Source: an uncultured Gammaproteobacteria bacterium (lineage in GTDB: Bacteria > Patescibacteriota > Microgenomatia > CAZETR01). Taken from it: DNA of 64,000 bases. The notes under the pieces are model-generated. The model was not told where the DNA came from, did no database searches, and was given only the letters and a program-made list of their open reading frames with translations. The stretch covers positions 1,954 to 65,953 of the forward strand of contig CAZETR010000033.1 of assembly GCA_964514545.1 (NCBI GenBank), in the 5' to 3' direction. Shown in pieces: positions 30,402 to 39,364 of the stretch. Position 1 is the stretch's first letter. The number at the start of each line of letters is the position of its first letter. The translations under genes and the position numbers were made by a program.

Positions 30402-30797
30402 TCAAAGAGGTAAATTAGAACTCGCAGTTGCCCCGAGCGGATTCACCCCCTCAAACAATCCATAATGTCTCAGTACGGAAATCGCCTCCTCTGTCTTGAC
30501 CCTGCGATTCTCTCTTCTCCCCAAGACCACTTCTAGAGCTTCAATCTTAAACCCTCTTTTCTCCAGTTTTGGCGCTCCCGTTACTCTGTTCGCTGGAAAC
30601 CTAAAATAAAACCTTACCCCTTCGGGCAACTCCAGCTCAATAAATAACTCTGCATATAGCCGGGATAACTCCACATATGCCCTGACCGGATCACCATCAT
30701 CTTCTCTGGTTAATCTGCGAACTATATAAGGAGTAAGTCTTTCTCTTAATGTCTCCGCGCCAGTCTTCGAAACCGGCCGAGCTACTCTTTCTACCAT
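30402..30797 (-). CDS. hypothetical protein
   Basis: ORF only. Confidence 0.3.
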   Translation of the reverse strand: MVERVARPVSKTGAETLRERLTPYIVRRLTREDDGDPVRAYVELSRLYAELFIELELPEGVRFYFRFPANRVTGAPKLEKRGFKIEALEVVLGRRENRRVKTEEAISVLRHYGLFEGVNPLGATASSNLPL

Positions 30798-30837
30798 GAC
30801 CAGCCATATTTTAGTCTGAATCCTATTTTTTCAACAG

Positions 30838-32430
30838 TCAAATCGCCTCCACTCCAAAAATCTCCTCCGCGGCCTTTAGAATCTCATCATCTATCTGCTT
30901 TCCACTAATATTCTCCTCTATTGCGGTATCGGGTTTCATCAGCCTTTGTGGTCCAGTGCCCAATCGATAGGTTATCCGCATCGGCACACCCAACAAGGAC
31001 TCAATCGATTCTTCGATTATCCGCCGACATTTGTCGGTCTCCAGCCTCTCTTTATGGAATTTATAAAATACCTCCAGTTCCAAATTATTTCCGCGCACTT
31101 CAAGTGGCCGAGACGATCGAAGCAGTGCCTCAACAGAATGATTTTTGGGCCTAATTGCCTGCAGAATCTCTTTCCATCTAGTCTCAACCTCACCGATAGA
31201 TATCTTGGCAGAAGAGTCGGAGGGGACAGACTGACCAGAACTATCTGGGCCACCAGCTAAATCGATCTCGCGAGCATCATTTGTCGAATTTGCCGGATTT
31301 GGAGTATCGTTGGTATTCGTCTGCTGGTCTTTCTTCGACTTAGACTCTTTACTCTCGCCTACTCCAGCTCCACACCACTCAACCACCATAAGTTCCAAGG
31401 GAAGTGACACAATAATCGCATCTTTCAATTCCCTTCCAGCCTGATCAAAAACCCTGGCCAGCCCGAGCAGGTCTGAAGTACCGGCACCCTTTAATTCTTT
31501 AGCCTCCTGGACCCCCGGTATTCCGGATTTTGCCAGGATAGCCTTTCTTAACTCTTCCAAGCCCCGTTCCAAAAATACCCGCGCCGATATTCCGGCCTCA
31601 ACCACAGCCTCTACTTCAGCCATTGCCCTTTCCAGATCTCTGGCAACCAAGTGCTGTATCAGCCGAACAGGTTCTCCCTCTTCTTGCCGGCTAAGAAACT
31701 TTGCTACGTGTGTATCGTCCAGATCCGGACCGAAAACCGCCAACTGCTCCAGGACCTTAACCGCATCACGAAAACTGCCGCCGGCATCCCTGGCAATCTG
31801 CTCCAGTGCTTCCTCGCTAATCTTTATCTTCTCCGATTTGACTACCTTAGCTAGTTTACCAACCACTTCCTTACTATTTGCCCGGCGAAAGATAACCCGT
31901 GTTGCGCGTGAAACAATCGTGCCAATTACCTTGTGGGCTTCTGTGGTACACAGTACAAAAATTGCATGAGCCGGCGGTTCCTCCAGAGTTTTTAAAAGCG
32001 CGTTTGAAGCCTCGGTCGTGAGCATGTGGCACTCGTCGACAATGTAGACCTTAAACGGCAAAGCGACTGGGGACAACTTAATTTTTTCCCTCAATTCCCG
32101 AACGTCATCTATTCCGCGGTTTGAAGCCGCGTCAATTTCGATTACATCCATGGCAGATCCGTTATCAATTGCTCTACAGGCATCGCATTCACCGCACGGT
32201 TCTTCCAAACCACCCCCACTCCTGATTGCCTTTCGATTCTTCTCACAATTAACCACCTTAGCCAGAATCCTGGCAGCTGAGGTCTTCCCAATTCCCCGCG
32301 GACCTGTAAAAAGAAACGCGTGCGGAATCTTTCCGAATGCGAGCAAGCCTACAAAAAAATCCCTAACTTCGACTACATCAAGATCGGTAAATCTCTGGGG
32401 ACGGTATTTTAGATACAATGCTTGGTCCAT
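30838..32430 (-). CDS. dnaX: DNA polymerase III subunit gamma/tau
   Basis: AAA+ clamp-loader: Walker A 'GPRGIGKTS', zinc module 'CGECDACRAI', SRC/sensor motifs. Confidence 0.9.
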   Translation of the reverse strand: MDQALYLKYRPQRFTDLDVVEVRDFFVGLLAFGKIPHAFLFTGPRGIGKTSAARILAKVVNCEKNRKAIRSGGGLEEPCGECDACRAIDNGSAMDVIEIDAASNRGIDDVRELREKIKLSPVALPFKVYIVDECHMLTTEASNALLKTLEEPPAHAIFVLCTTEAHKVIGTIVSRATRVIFRRANSKEVVGKLAKVVKSEKIKISEEALEQIARDAGGSFRDAVKVLEQLAVFGPDLDDTHVAKFLSRQEEGEPVRLIQHLVARDLERAMAEVEAVVEAGISARVFLERGLEELRKAILAKSGIPGVQEAKELKGAGTSDLLGLARVFDQAGRELKDAIIVSLPLELMVVEWCGAGVGESKESKSKKDQQTNTNDTPNPANSTNDAREIDLAGGPDSSGQSVPSDSSAKISIGEVETRWKEILQAIRPKNHSVEALLRSSRPLEVRGNNLELEVFYKFHKERLETDKCRRIIEESIESLLGVPMRITYRLGTGPQRLMKPDTAIEENISGKQIDDEILKAAEEIFGVEAI

Positions 32431-32530
32431 CTCGTCCCACCATAGCAGAAACTTAACCTATCATGTCAAGACTCAGGCGGAACAGAGAAGTTAGAAGTTA
32501 AAATGCGAAAGGCAAAATTGAATTTTGAAT

Positions 32531-32935
32531 TTACTCGGGATGGTGTTTTCCCAACAAATGCAGAGTTCCATGCTCGACCAGTTCAGCCAAAATCTCATCC
32601 AGCATCCGGCTTCTTTTCTTGGCCCACTCCTTAACCTGAGGAAAAGAAATAACAATGTCGCCTAATCGTAAGATCCCATCCGGACCAGTTCCTTTTCCTA
32701 CTTTTGACTCTTCAAGAGTAAAAGACAACACGTCGGTCGTCTTGTCCAATCCCCTGTACTGCTTATTCAACCCCCGCATTTTGCGATCACCGACGATTGC
32801 TACACTCACCTCCACTACCCCCAAATCACTAACCCGATTAGCTTTAAGCGTTCTGCGAACAACTTCCCGAATCAGCTTCCGATTTGCGGGATATCTGGAT
32901 TCAGCGGTAACCAAAACATTTATCATCTCAAACAC
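32531..32935 (-). CDS. ybeY: endoribonuclease YbeY (rRNA maturation)
   Basis: '…TDVLSF…LGDIVIS…' and C-terminal His-rich 'HGTLHLLGKHH' metal site. Confidence 0.75.
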   Translation of the reverse strand: MFEMINVLVTAESRYPANRKLIREVVRRTLKANRVSDLGVVEVSVAIVGDRKMRGLNKQYRGLDKTTDVLSFTLEESKVGKGTGPDGILRLGDIVISFPQVKEWAKKRSRMLDEILAELVEHGTLHLLGKHHPE

Positions 32936-33386
32936 CCAGCACTTTCTTTACCGCAATTGAGATTCTTCCCCCGTCAGCGCTAGCTCCGGCCTTCTCCCGC
33001 ACCAAGCCAATCACCCGACCCATATCCCGCATCCCGACCGCGCCAGTCGCACCAATTGCCTCCCTAACCCAAATTTCCAGCTGGTCATCCGACACCTGTT
33101 GAGGCAAATAGCCGGATAGAATGTCCATCTCAGCCTTTTCTTTATCCGCCAAATCAGGCCTGGACTCACGATAGGCATCGATACTTTCCTTCCTCTGTTT
33201 GACCCCTTTGCCAAGTACGGCAATTACCTCCGCCTCACCAAGCTCCCTTTGCAACTCAATCCGGCGATAATTCGCAGCCGAAAGTAACATCCGTAAAACG
33301 GAAGTCCTCAGTTCCTCCCGCGCCAGCTGCGCCGCCCTCAAATCTGCCTGAATCTTCTCAAGGAGCACTGATTTGATATTTGACAT
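32928..33386 (-). CDS. GatB/YqeY-domain protein
   Basis: Family-typical size and conserved rpsU-yqeY arrangement. Confidence 0.65.
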   Translation of the reverse strand: MSNIKSVLLEKIQADLRAAQLAREELRTSVLRMLLSAANYRRIELQRELGEAEVIAVLGKGVKQRKESIDAYRESRPDLADKEKAEMDILSGYLPQQVSDDQLEIWVREAIGATGAVGMRDMGRVIGLVREKAGASADGGRISIAVKKVLGV

Positions 33387-33424
33387 TTTTGAAATTTGTG
33401 ACTTGGGATTTGGGGCTTGTCGAC

Positions 33425-33607
33425 CTACCCTCTTCTTTTCATTCCCCGCTGCATCCGTTTTTTCTCGTAACGAACACGGGAGGGCTTTTGGTAAAACTCG
33501 CGCTTTTTCAGCTCATTGATAATATCATCAGCCAGCACCTTCTTGCGAAATGCTGCTATAAGCTTATCATCGCTATCTCCTGGTTTTTTTTTGACTACTG
33601 TAGCCAT
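33425..33607 (-). CDS. rpsU: 30S ribosomal protein S21
   Basis: 60-aa basic protein, …YEKKRMQRGMKRR C-terminus. Confidence 0.85.
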   Translation of the reverse strand: MATVVKKKPGDSDDKLIAAFRKKVLADDIINELKKREFYQKPSRVRYEKKRMQRGMKRRG

Positions 33608-33660
33608 TAAACACCTCCTTTGTAAAATTTAAAAGTTAAAAGGCAAAATTAATTGAAAAT

Positions 33661-34017
33661 TTACACGGATCTATTCTTGTCAACAGATCCGAGTATGTGG
33701 ATGTGCAAATGGTTGGAAACAAAAGTTGCTGATCCTCCGTTTATGGCCAGCCTATATGATTCCGAAAGGCCTTTATCCGCAATCATCCGGCGGGAAACTA
33801 TAAGCAGCCGAATTAAATAATCTGGATTTGCCGAAACAAATTCAACTCCGTGACTCTTCGCAACCACCAACAAATGCGTTGGCGCTTTGGGACTAATGTC
33901 ATGAATCACGAGACAATCATTGTCCTCGTATTCCTGATTATTCGCCGATATTTGGCCTGAAATTATCTTGCAAAAAACGCAATCCACACTGGGTGTGGAC
34001 ATCGCAAACACCCCCAA
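33661..34017 (-). CDS. HIT-family nucleotide hydrolase
   Basis: Histidine triad 'HLHIHILG' and N-terminal 'CVFCKI' motif. Confidence 0.8.
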   Translation of the reverse strand: MGVFAMSTPSVDCVFCKIISGQISANNQEYEDNDCLVIHDISPKAPTHLLVVAKSHGVEFVSANPDYLIRLLIVSRRMIADKGLSESYRLAINGGSATFVSNHLHIHILGSVDKNRSV

Positions 34018-34088
34018 TTCTTATTTCTAATATCACCAATTGTACCACTGTAGAAATTTTATTTAAATCCCCAAAATCATTTCTTTTC

Positions 34089-34113
34089 TATATCATATAT
34101 TAGTATATGATAT
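34089..34113. repeat. AT-rich palindrome copy 2 (TATATCATATATTAGTATATGATAT)
   Basis: Same 13-bp arms as copy 1 in inverted centre orientation; 3' of TrpR-like gene, ~70 bp upstream of HIT gene. Confidence 0.9.
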
Positions 34114-34118
34114 GTGAA

Positions 34119-34589
34119 TTACTTTAGATTCGACTTCAGGCTCCTTTTTTTTGTTTCTTTGGTGAAAGGTTCGACAAATGTATATTTACGAAAGGTCTGT
34201 CTATTTAATCGACCCAGGACTTCCTCGAGTATATCCCCAAGCCTCTCAGATTGCTCTGTACTCCTTGCCACCCTCTCTCGTTGACTAATATGGACAAATG
34301 CCTGAGCCAGCTTGGGCCCTGCTTCACGATGCTCAATTCTCAAACGCCACACAGTCATTGCCGACAACCCCAAACCGGTACAAATCTGAGAATCGGGGTA
34401 GTCCTTCGCAATCAAATAATGAGCCACCAGTCTTTTGGCCAACATTATCCGCTCTGTCCTCGTTAGGATTATCTGCAAAAATTCTGAAAGAATTCTGTCC
34501 TTGGCTGATCCAACCAGAGCTGCGTCAAAGCTCCCAATCAGTGCCGCCTCGAGTTCCCGCCCCAAATCTTTCTTAGAAATATGAGTCAC
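34119..34589 (-). CDS. TrpR/YerC-YecD-like helix-turn-helix DNA-binding protein (GTG start)
   Basis: '…ERIMLAKRLV…YPDSQICTGLGLSAMTVWRL…' resembles Trp-repressor-like HTH; gene bracketed by palindrome copies 2 and 3. Confidence 0.5.
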   Translation of the reverse strand: MTHISKKDLGRELEAALIGSFDAALVGSAKDRILSEFLQIILTRTERIMLAKRLVAHYLIAKDYPDSQICTGLGLSAMTVWRLRIEHREAGPKLAQAFVHISQRERVARSTEQSERLGDILEEVLGRLNRQTFRKYTFVEPFTKETKKRSLKSNLK

Positions 34590-34596
34590 TAAAAAA

Positions 34597-34625
34597 GTAT
34601 ATCATATACTAATATATGATATACA
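34597..34625. promoter_or_regulatory. AT-rich palindrome copy 3, 8 nt upstream of the GTG start of the TrpR-like gene (candidate autoregulatory operator)
   Basis: GTATATCATATACTAATATATGATATACA read directly; overlaps expected RBS/promoter of 34119-34589. Confidence 0.6.
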
Positions 34626-34706
34626 AGGACATTATACTTCCGGGGATGTTTAACCAATAATCAATTAAAGCCTGCAACTAGGATTATTTAGGGTCTTTTA
34701 CTGGAT

Positions 34707-36413
34707 TTATTGGAGGTCATTTTTAGCCTTTTTTACATCTACCAGCTTAGATTCAGGCTCCCCTCTTCTTTTCCATTCTACCTGGGTACCGGTCTTGGTA
34801 GACACGACCAGCCGAACCGGAATTCCGATTAGGTCCGCGTCGGCGAATTTCTCGCCGGCCGAGACATCCTCTCTGTCATCCCACACCACGTCGATACCCG
34901 CCTTTACCAATTGGTCGTAAACTGACTTCGCTTGTTCACTCACCCCGATATTAATCAGGTGTGCCCGAAACGGCGCAACAATCTCCGGCCACAAAATCCC
35001 CTTATCGTCGTGCTGGGCTTCAACGATTGCAGCCAACGTCCTACCAATCCCGATGCCATAGCATCCCATGTAGTACGGTTTTGCTGATCCATCCTCGTCC
35101 ATAAAAGTTGCCCCTTTCATAAGCCTGGTATAGTGATAACCAAGCTGAAAGATGTTACCCACTTCAATCCCGGTCTTCTGGGTCATCTTTTGACCCAAAT
35201 CACTAATATATCCCGCCTTCGCCAGAGCGATATCGCCCTCGATGTCCGGTACATAATCGCGGTCAATATTGATATTAACCGCATCTCGGTTCAGTTTGTT
35301 CGCTCCTCCGTACGCATTTCTAACAGTCCGAAGAGAAATGTCTCCGACAATCATGGCTTTTCCCTTAAGCCCCACCGGACAAATAAATCCCGGCTCGCTC
35401 CCAATGCTACGAATCTCTTCCGCCGTCGCGTGCCGTAAGCTAATCGAGCCTGTCACTTGAGCCAGTTTGACTTCGTTGACTTCCAAATCCCCTCGGATCA
35501 CCGCCAGAATCAATCTGCCTTTCTCGTCCACCATCATCAAATCCTTAATTTGCTGCCACATGGGAAGACCGTGCAATTTGACTCCGTCCTCCATAGTAGT
35601 TCCCCGAACAGCATCCACAACCGCGTATTCCTTAATCGGCTCGTCTAAATTCTTCTCGTCTCTTTGAAACTTGGCCACCTCTTCATGGGCACAGTACGAC
35701 CCGTCGGGGGTCACTAAAAACTTACTCTCCCCCGCTTCCGACTCGACCACGAACTCATGACAATACTCCCCGCCGATATATCCATTGTCCGCCTCAACGA
35801 TATAAGTTTTGAGGCCCAGTCTTTCAAATATCCGGGTGTAAGTCTGCTCCATCAGCTTATAAGTTCTTTTAAACTCTTCTTCATTCCGATCAAACGAGTA
35901 GGCATCCTTCATTACAAACTCCCGCACCCGAAGTAGCCCTCCCCGTGCCCGCAACTCATCCCGAAACTTCAGTGAAAATTGATAAATATTAAAGGGCAGA
36001 TCACGGTAAGAAATCTGGAATTTACGCACCACGTCCACAAACATTTCCTCCGCCGTCCCTCCCAGAGCAAACTCGGCCTCCCGTCGGTCCTTGACTTTCA
36101 TCAGTTCAAACCCCGCGGTATTTGTTCTGTTAGTTTCCTTCCACAGCTCCAGAGGGTGTAAAACCGGAACTGACATTTCCTGGGCCCCGGCTCTATCCAT
36201 CTCTTCACGAACAACCTGCATAATCCTATCGTGGACGCGAAACCCCAAAGGCAAAAACGAGTACCTGCCGGCCGCAATCTCCCGAATAAACCCAGCCCGA
36301 TAGAGTAGCGTAGTCGATGTGTTTACGGCCCCCCTCTGGGCTTCTTTAACTGTTTTGCCAAACAACTGTGAGTAACGCATATAGTAAGTATATCTGAATT
36401 TAAAAGGAATCAA
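34707..36413 (-). CDS. proS: prolyl-tRNA synthetase (bacterial type with editing domain)
   Basis: Class II motifs and INS editing domain; N-terminus MRYSQLFGKT… matches bacterial ProRS. Confidence 0.9.
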   Translation of the reverse strand: MIPFKFRYTYYMRYSQLFGKTVKEAQRGAVNTSTTLLYRAGFIREIAAGRYSFLPLGFRVHDRIMQVVREEMDRAGAQEMSVPVLHPLELWKETNRTNTAGFELMKVKDRREAEFALGGTAEEMFVDVVRKFQISYRDLPFNIYQFSLKFRDELRARGGLLRVREFVMKDAYSFDRNEEEFKRTYKLMEQTYTRIFERLGLKTYIVEADNGYIGGEYCHEFVVESEAGESKFLVTPDGSYCAHEEVAKFQRDEKNLDEPIKEYAVVDAVRGTTMEDGVKLHGLPMWQQIKDLMMVDEKGRLILAVIRGDLEVNEVKLAQVTGSISLRHATAEEIRSIGSEPGFICPVGLKGKAMIVGDISLRTVRNAYGGANKLNRDAVNINIDRDYVPDIEGDIALAKAGYISDLGQKMTQKTGIEVGNIFQLGYHYTRLMKGATFMDEDGSAKPYYMGCYGIGIGRTLAAIVEAQHDDKGILWPEIVAPFRAHLINIGVSEQAKSVYDQLVKAGIDVVWDDREDVSAGEKFADADLIGIPVRLVVSTKTGTQVEWKRRGEPESKLVDVKKAKNDLQ

Positions 36414-37335
36414 AATAATTTCCTAGTTCACGGGCTTTGTCAAAAGCCGCAATCACCCCAGCCCGAACAACCCCATTTAAGTTATTATTCTCAAACGCCA
36501 TCATGGCAGCTTCGGTGGTACCACCTTTAGATGTCACGGCCAATCTAAGTGAATCCAACTCCCTCTCCGACTGATCCAGTAACGTAGCTCCACCAATCAA
36601 AGTTTCTTTCACCAATTTCTTCGCTCGCTCGTAATCTATGCCCAGCTCCACGGCAACTTCGACCATCGACTCGGCAAACCTAAAGAAATATGCCGGCCCA
36701 GAACCGGATATCGCCGTTACGGCATCAATTTCCCGGTCGCTAGAAACAAATACCTCCACTCCCAAACGGTTCAGAAGAAAGGCTAGTTGTTTCGCCTGCC
36801 CTACAGTAACCTCATCACTTACGGTCCACCCAAAAACACCTCGCCCAACTGACACAGGGGTGTTTGGCATGACCCGGGCCACTGCCTGATTTATATTTCC
36901 AATCCATTTCTTGATAGTCGCAATTCTGACCCCGGCCGCAAAAGATACCAAAAGCTTTCCTTCAAGCGAAACCTCCTTCTCTCTCCAACTCTCCAACTCT
37001 TCCTTTAACTGCTTCTGCTTAAGCCCCAGAAATACAACGTCACAGTCGGAAACAAGATCGATATTGGTCTTAGCAATCTGGATCTTACCGGCTAATCCTA
37101 CCTTCAAAACCTTCTCAAGTGTGTTCTCCTTGGTCCTGTTACAAACAAATATCTCGTTTTTTCCAAGAACTTGACTTGTAACTAATCCCTTCACCAGTGC
37201 GACACCAATACTACCCAATCCCACGATCCCAATGCGACCAATTTCAGCCGATCCTTGTTCATATTCAAATTGTGTATTTACCTCGTTCATCACAAAAAAC
37301 CTCGTCTCTACCCGACACAATAAAGTATCGAGCAA
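36400..37335 (-). CDS. proC: pyrroline-5-carboxylate reductase
   Basis: Rossmann 'IGIVGLGSIGVAL', C-terminal dimerisation motif '…SKGGTTEAAM…'; 14-nt overlap with proS. Confidence 0.8.
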   Translation of the reverse strand: MLDTLLCRVETRFFVMNEVNTQFEYEQGSAEIGRIGIVGLGSIGVALVKGLVTSQVLGKNEIFVCNRTKENTLEKVLKVGLAGKIQIAKTNIDLVSDCDVVFLGLKQKQLKEELESWREKEVSLEGKLLVSFAAGVRIATIKKWIGNINQAVARVMPNTPVSVGRGVFGWTVSDEVTVGQAKQLAFLLNRLGVEVFVSSDREIDAVTAISGSGPAYFFRFAESMVEVAVELGIDYERAKKLVKETLIGGATLLDQSERELDSLRLAVTSKGGTTEAAMMAFENNNLNGVVRAGVIAAFDKARELGNYFDSF

Positions 37336-37612
37336 GGACGAGGTCTTCGTGTACCACCCTGCTTTTGTTCAAGTATCACTACTTGAGCCTTATTAGCTGA
37401 CTCCGTTTCCGACATCAGCGTCCATGTTTATCCGGTTTGGCTTCCGACCAGCTTATCCTTTAACAGCTTCGCTGGGAGCTTTTTTACCCTACTGGGTTGG
37501 AGTTGGGAACTCCAAAGCTAAAAATATTATAGCAAAACAGCAAAAAATAATCAACTCTCTTATCTCAATAACTAAAACCCCTACAACACTCTGGCTGTCA
37601 ACGCACCGTACT

Positions 37613-38731
37613 TTAATACAATTTTGCTCCTGTAAAAAGACGCAGTAAATCACGAGCTGTAATTAAAATTATCAATGCTATTAAAACTACCATTCCGACA
37701 GTGTGGAGCCATCTTTCAAACCGCGGCACGACCCGCCTTCCAAAAATGGCCTCAATAATAATGAATAGCAATCGGCCTCCATCCAAAGCCGGAATCGGCA
37801 TAATGTTTAAAACCGCCAGGTTAACTGACAATATCCCCACCAATTGCAGTAAATTTAGAAATCCGGTTTTGGCAACTTCACGAGTCACCTCAAAAATTCC
37901 CACCGGGCCGGAAATATCCTGCGGCACCCGGCCAAAGCGGACCAACTCAAATATCAGTTTGCCAAACCCCGACAAAACCATCCTCGTCCAACCGAACGCC
38001 TCGCCTACTCCATAGTAACCCGCACGGAAGGGCATCTGCCACCAGGGAAAAAACTTGGGAACAACTTGTGAGATCGCCACTCCGAGCGGCCCCTCCCCCT
38101 GCGGAGGACTGGTCCTGGGAGTCATCCTGATGGCAATCTTTTCTCCACTTTTTCTCTCTATCTCTATCTCGATCTCACGGCCGTTTGCCTGCTTTGTCGC
38201 CTGAATAAATTCATCGCTCCTACTAATCAGCTTGTCGAAAACCTCCGAGCCCGAAATCACAAACTTGAAATTCGTAACCTTGTCCCCTTCTTTGAGTCCA
38301 GCTGTCTCCGCAGGAGAATTCTTTGCAATCCCAACCACAAAGACATTGTCTGTCTTTGTCGGAATTCCAAGTTTGGCATAGAGAAAAGTAAACACCCCAA
38401 TTGCCAAGAGAAAATTCATAGCAACACCAGCCACAATTACCGAAGCCCGGGTTAACTTGGATTTAGCAAAAAATGCCCTATCCTTCAAATCTTGATTAAT
38501 GTCACCGTCCTGGTCATCTTCTCCCAACAGCTTCACAAACCCACCAATCGGTAACGCGTTTATGGAAAAAACTGTCTCGCCAATCTTTCGTCCCCAAATC
38601 CGCGGAGGCAAACCAAATCCAAATTCCTCAACACCGATTCCAGCTCTTTTGGCCATTAAAAAATGTCCCAGCTCGTGTATTAATACCAAAACCGAGAGCA
38701 CGGCTAAAAAGATGAGAATTGAAAATATCAT
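37613..38731 (-). CDS. rseP: RIP site-2 metalloprotease RseP (M50) with PDZ domain
   Basis: HEXXH 'HELGHFLMA', PDZ, C-terminal LDG motif. Confidence 0.8.
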   Translation of the reverse strand: MIFSILIFLAVLSVLVLIHELGHFLMAKRAGIGVEEFGFGLPPRIWGRKIGETVFSINALPIGGFVKLLGEDDQDGDINQDLKDRAFFAKSKLTRASVIVAGVAMNFLLAIGVFTFLYAKLGIPTKTDNVFVVGIAKNSPAETAGLKEGDKVTNFKFVISGSEVFDKLISRSDEFIQATKQANGREIEIEIERKSGEKIAIRMTPRTSPPQGEGPLGVAISQVVPKFFPWWQMPFRAGYYGVGEAFGWTRMVLSGFGKLIFELVRFGRVPQDISGPVGIFEVTREVAKTGFLNLLQLVGILSVNLAVLNIMPIPALDGGRLLFIIIEAIFGRRVVPRFERWLHTVGMVVLIALIILITARDLLRLFTGAKLY

Positions 38732-38772
38732 TTATCTGTATCCGAGGTTTTTGTGATTTGAGATTTGGCTAA

Positions 38773-39342
38773 TTACACCGTGACCAGTTCTTCCTCCTTT
38801 TTCTTCCCCAGCTCCTCAATTCGAAAAACGCACCGGTCAGTTTCCTCCTGTAGTTGCTTTTCTACCCTGACTTGGTCATCCTCGGTAATCTCTTTGGCTT
38901 CCTGGGCCCGTTTCAACTCCCCCATTTTGTCGTGCCTGATCTGGCGAATCGAAATCCGTGCAGCCTCTAACTTTTGATGCAAAAGTTTGACATATTCCTG
39001 CCGCCTCTCGGCCGAAAGCGAAGGAACTGCAATACGGATCAGCGAACCGTCTATAGTCGGATTTAACCCCACGTTTGCCTCAGCAATCCCCTTTCTGATA
39101 TCCCCAATAATCGATTCGTCCCAGGGCTGAATCGTAATCGTCTGCGGATCAGTAACATTAATTGATCCCACCTCCAAAACCCTAAGTTTCTGCGTCCCCC
39201 CATACGCCGGAACGATTATGTTTTCGACCAGTGCACTTGTCGCCCGGCCGGTCCTAATCCCCGCAATGTCCGATGCAAAGGAATCAACGCTCCTTTGCAT
39301 CCTTTGCTTTAATTCATCTAGTGAAAGTGAAAGCATTCGCAA
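38773..39342 (-). CDS. frr: ribosome recycling factor
   Basis: Full-length Frr signature (…IRTGRA…, …QIRHDKM…). Confidence 0.9.
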   Translation of the reverse strand: MRMLSLSLDELKQRMQRSVDSFASDIAGIRTGRATSALVENIIVPAYGGTQKLRVLEVGSINVTDPQTITIQPWDESIIGDIRKGIAEANVGLNPTIDGSLIRIAVPSLSAERRQEYVKLLHQKLEAARISIRQIRHDKMGELKRAQEAKEITEDDQVRVEKQLQEETDRCVFRIEELGKKKEEELVTV

Positions 39343-39364
39343 ACAAATTATACACTACCAGATT

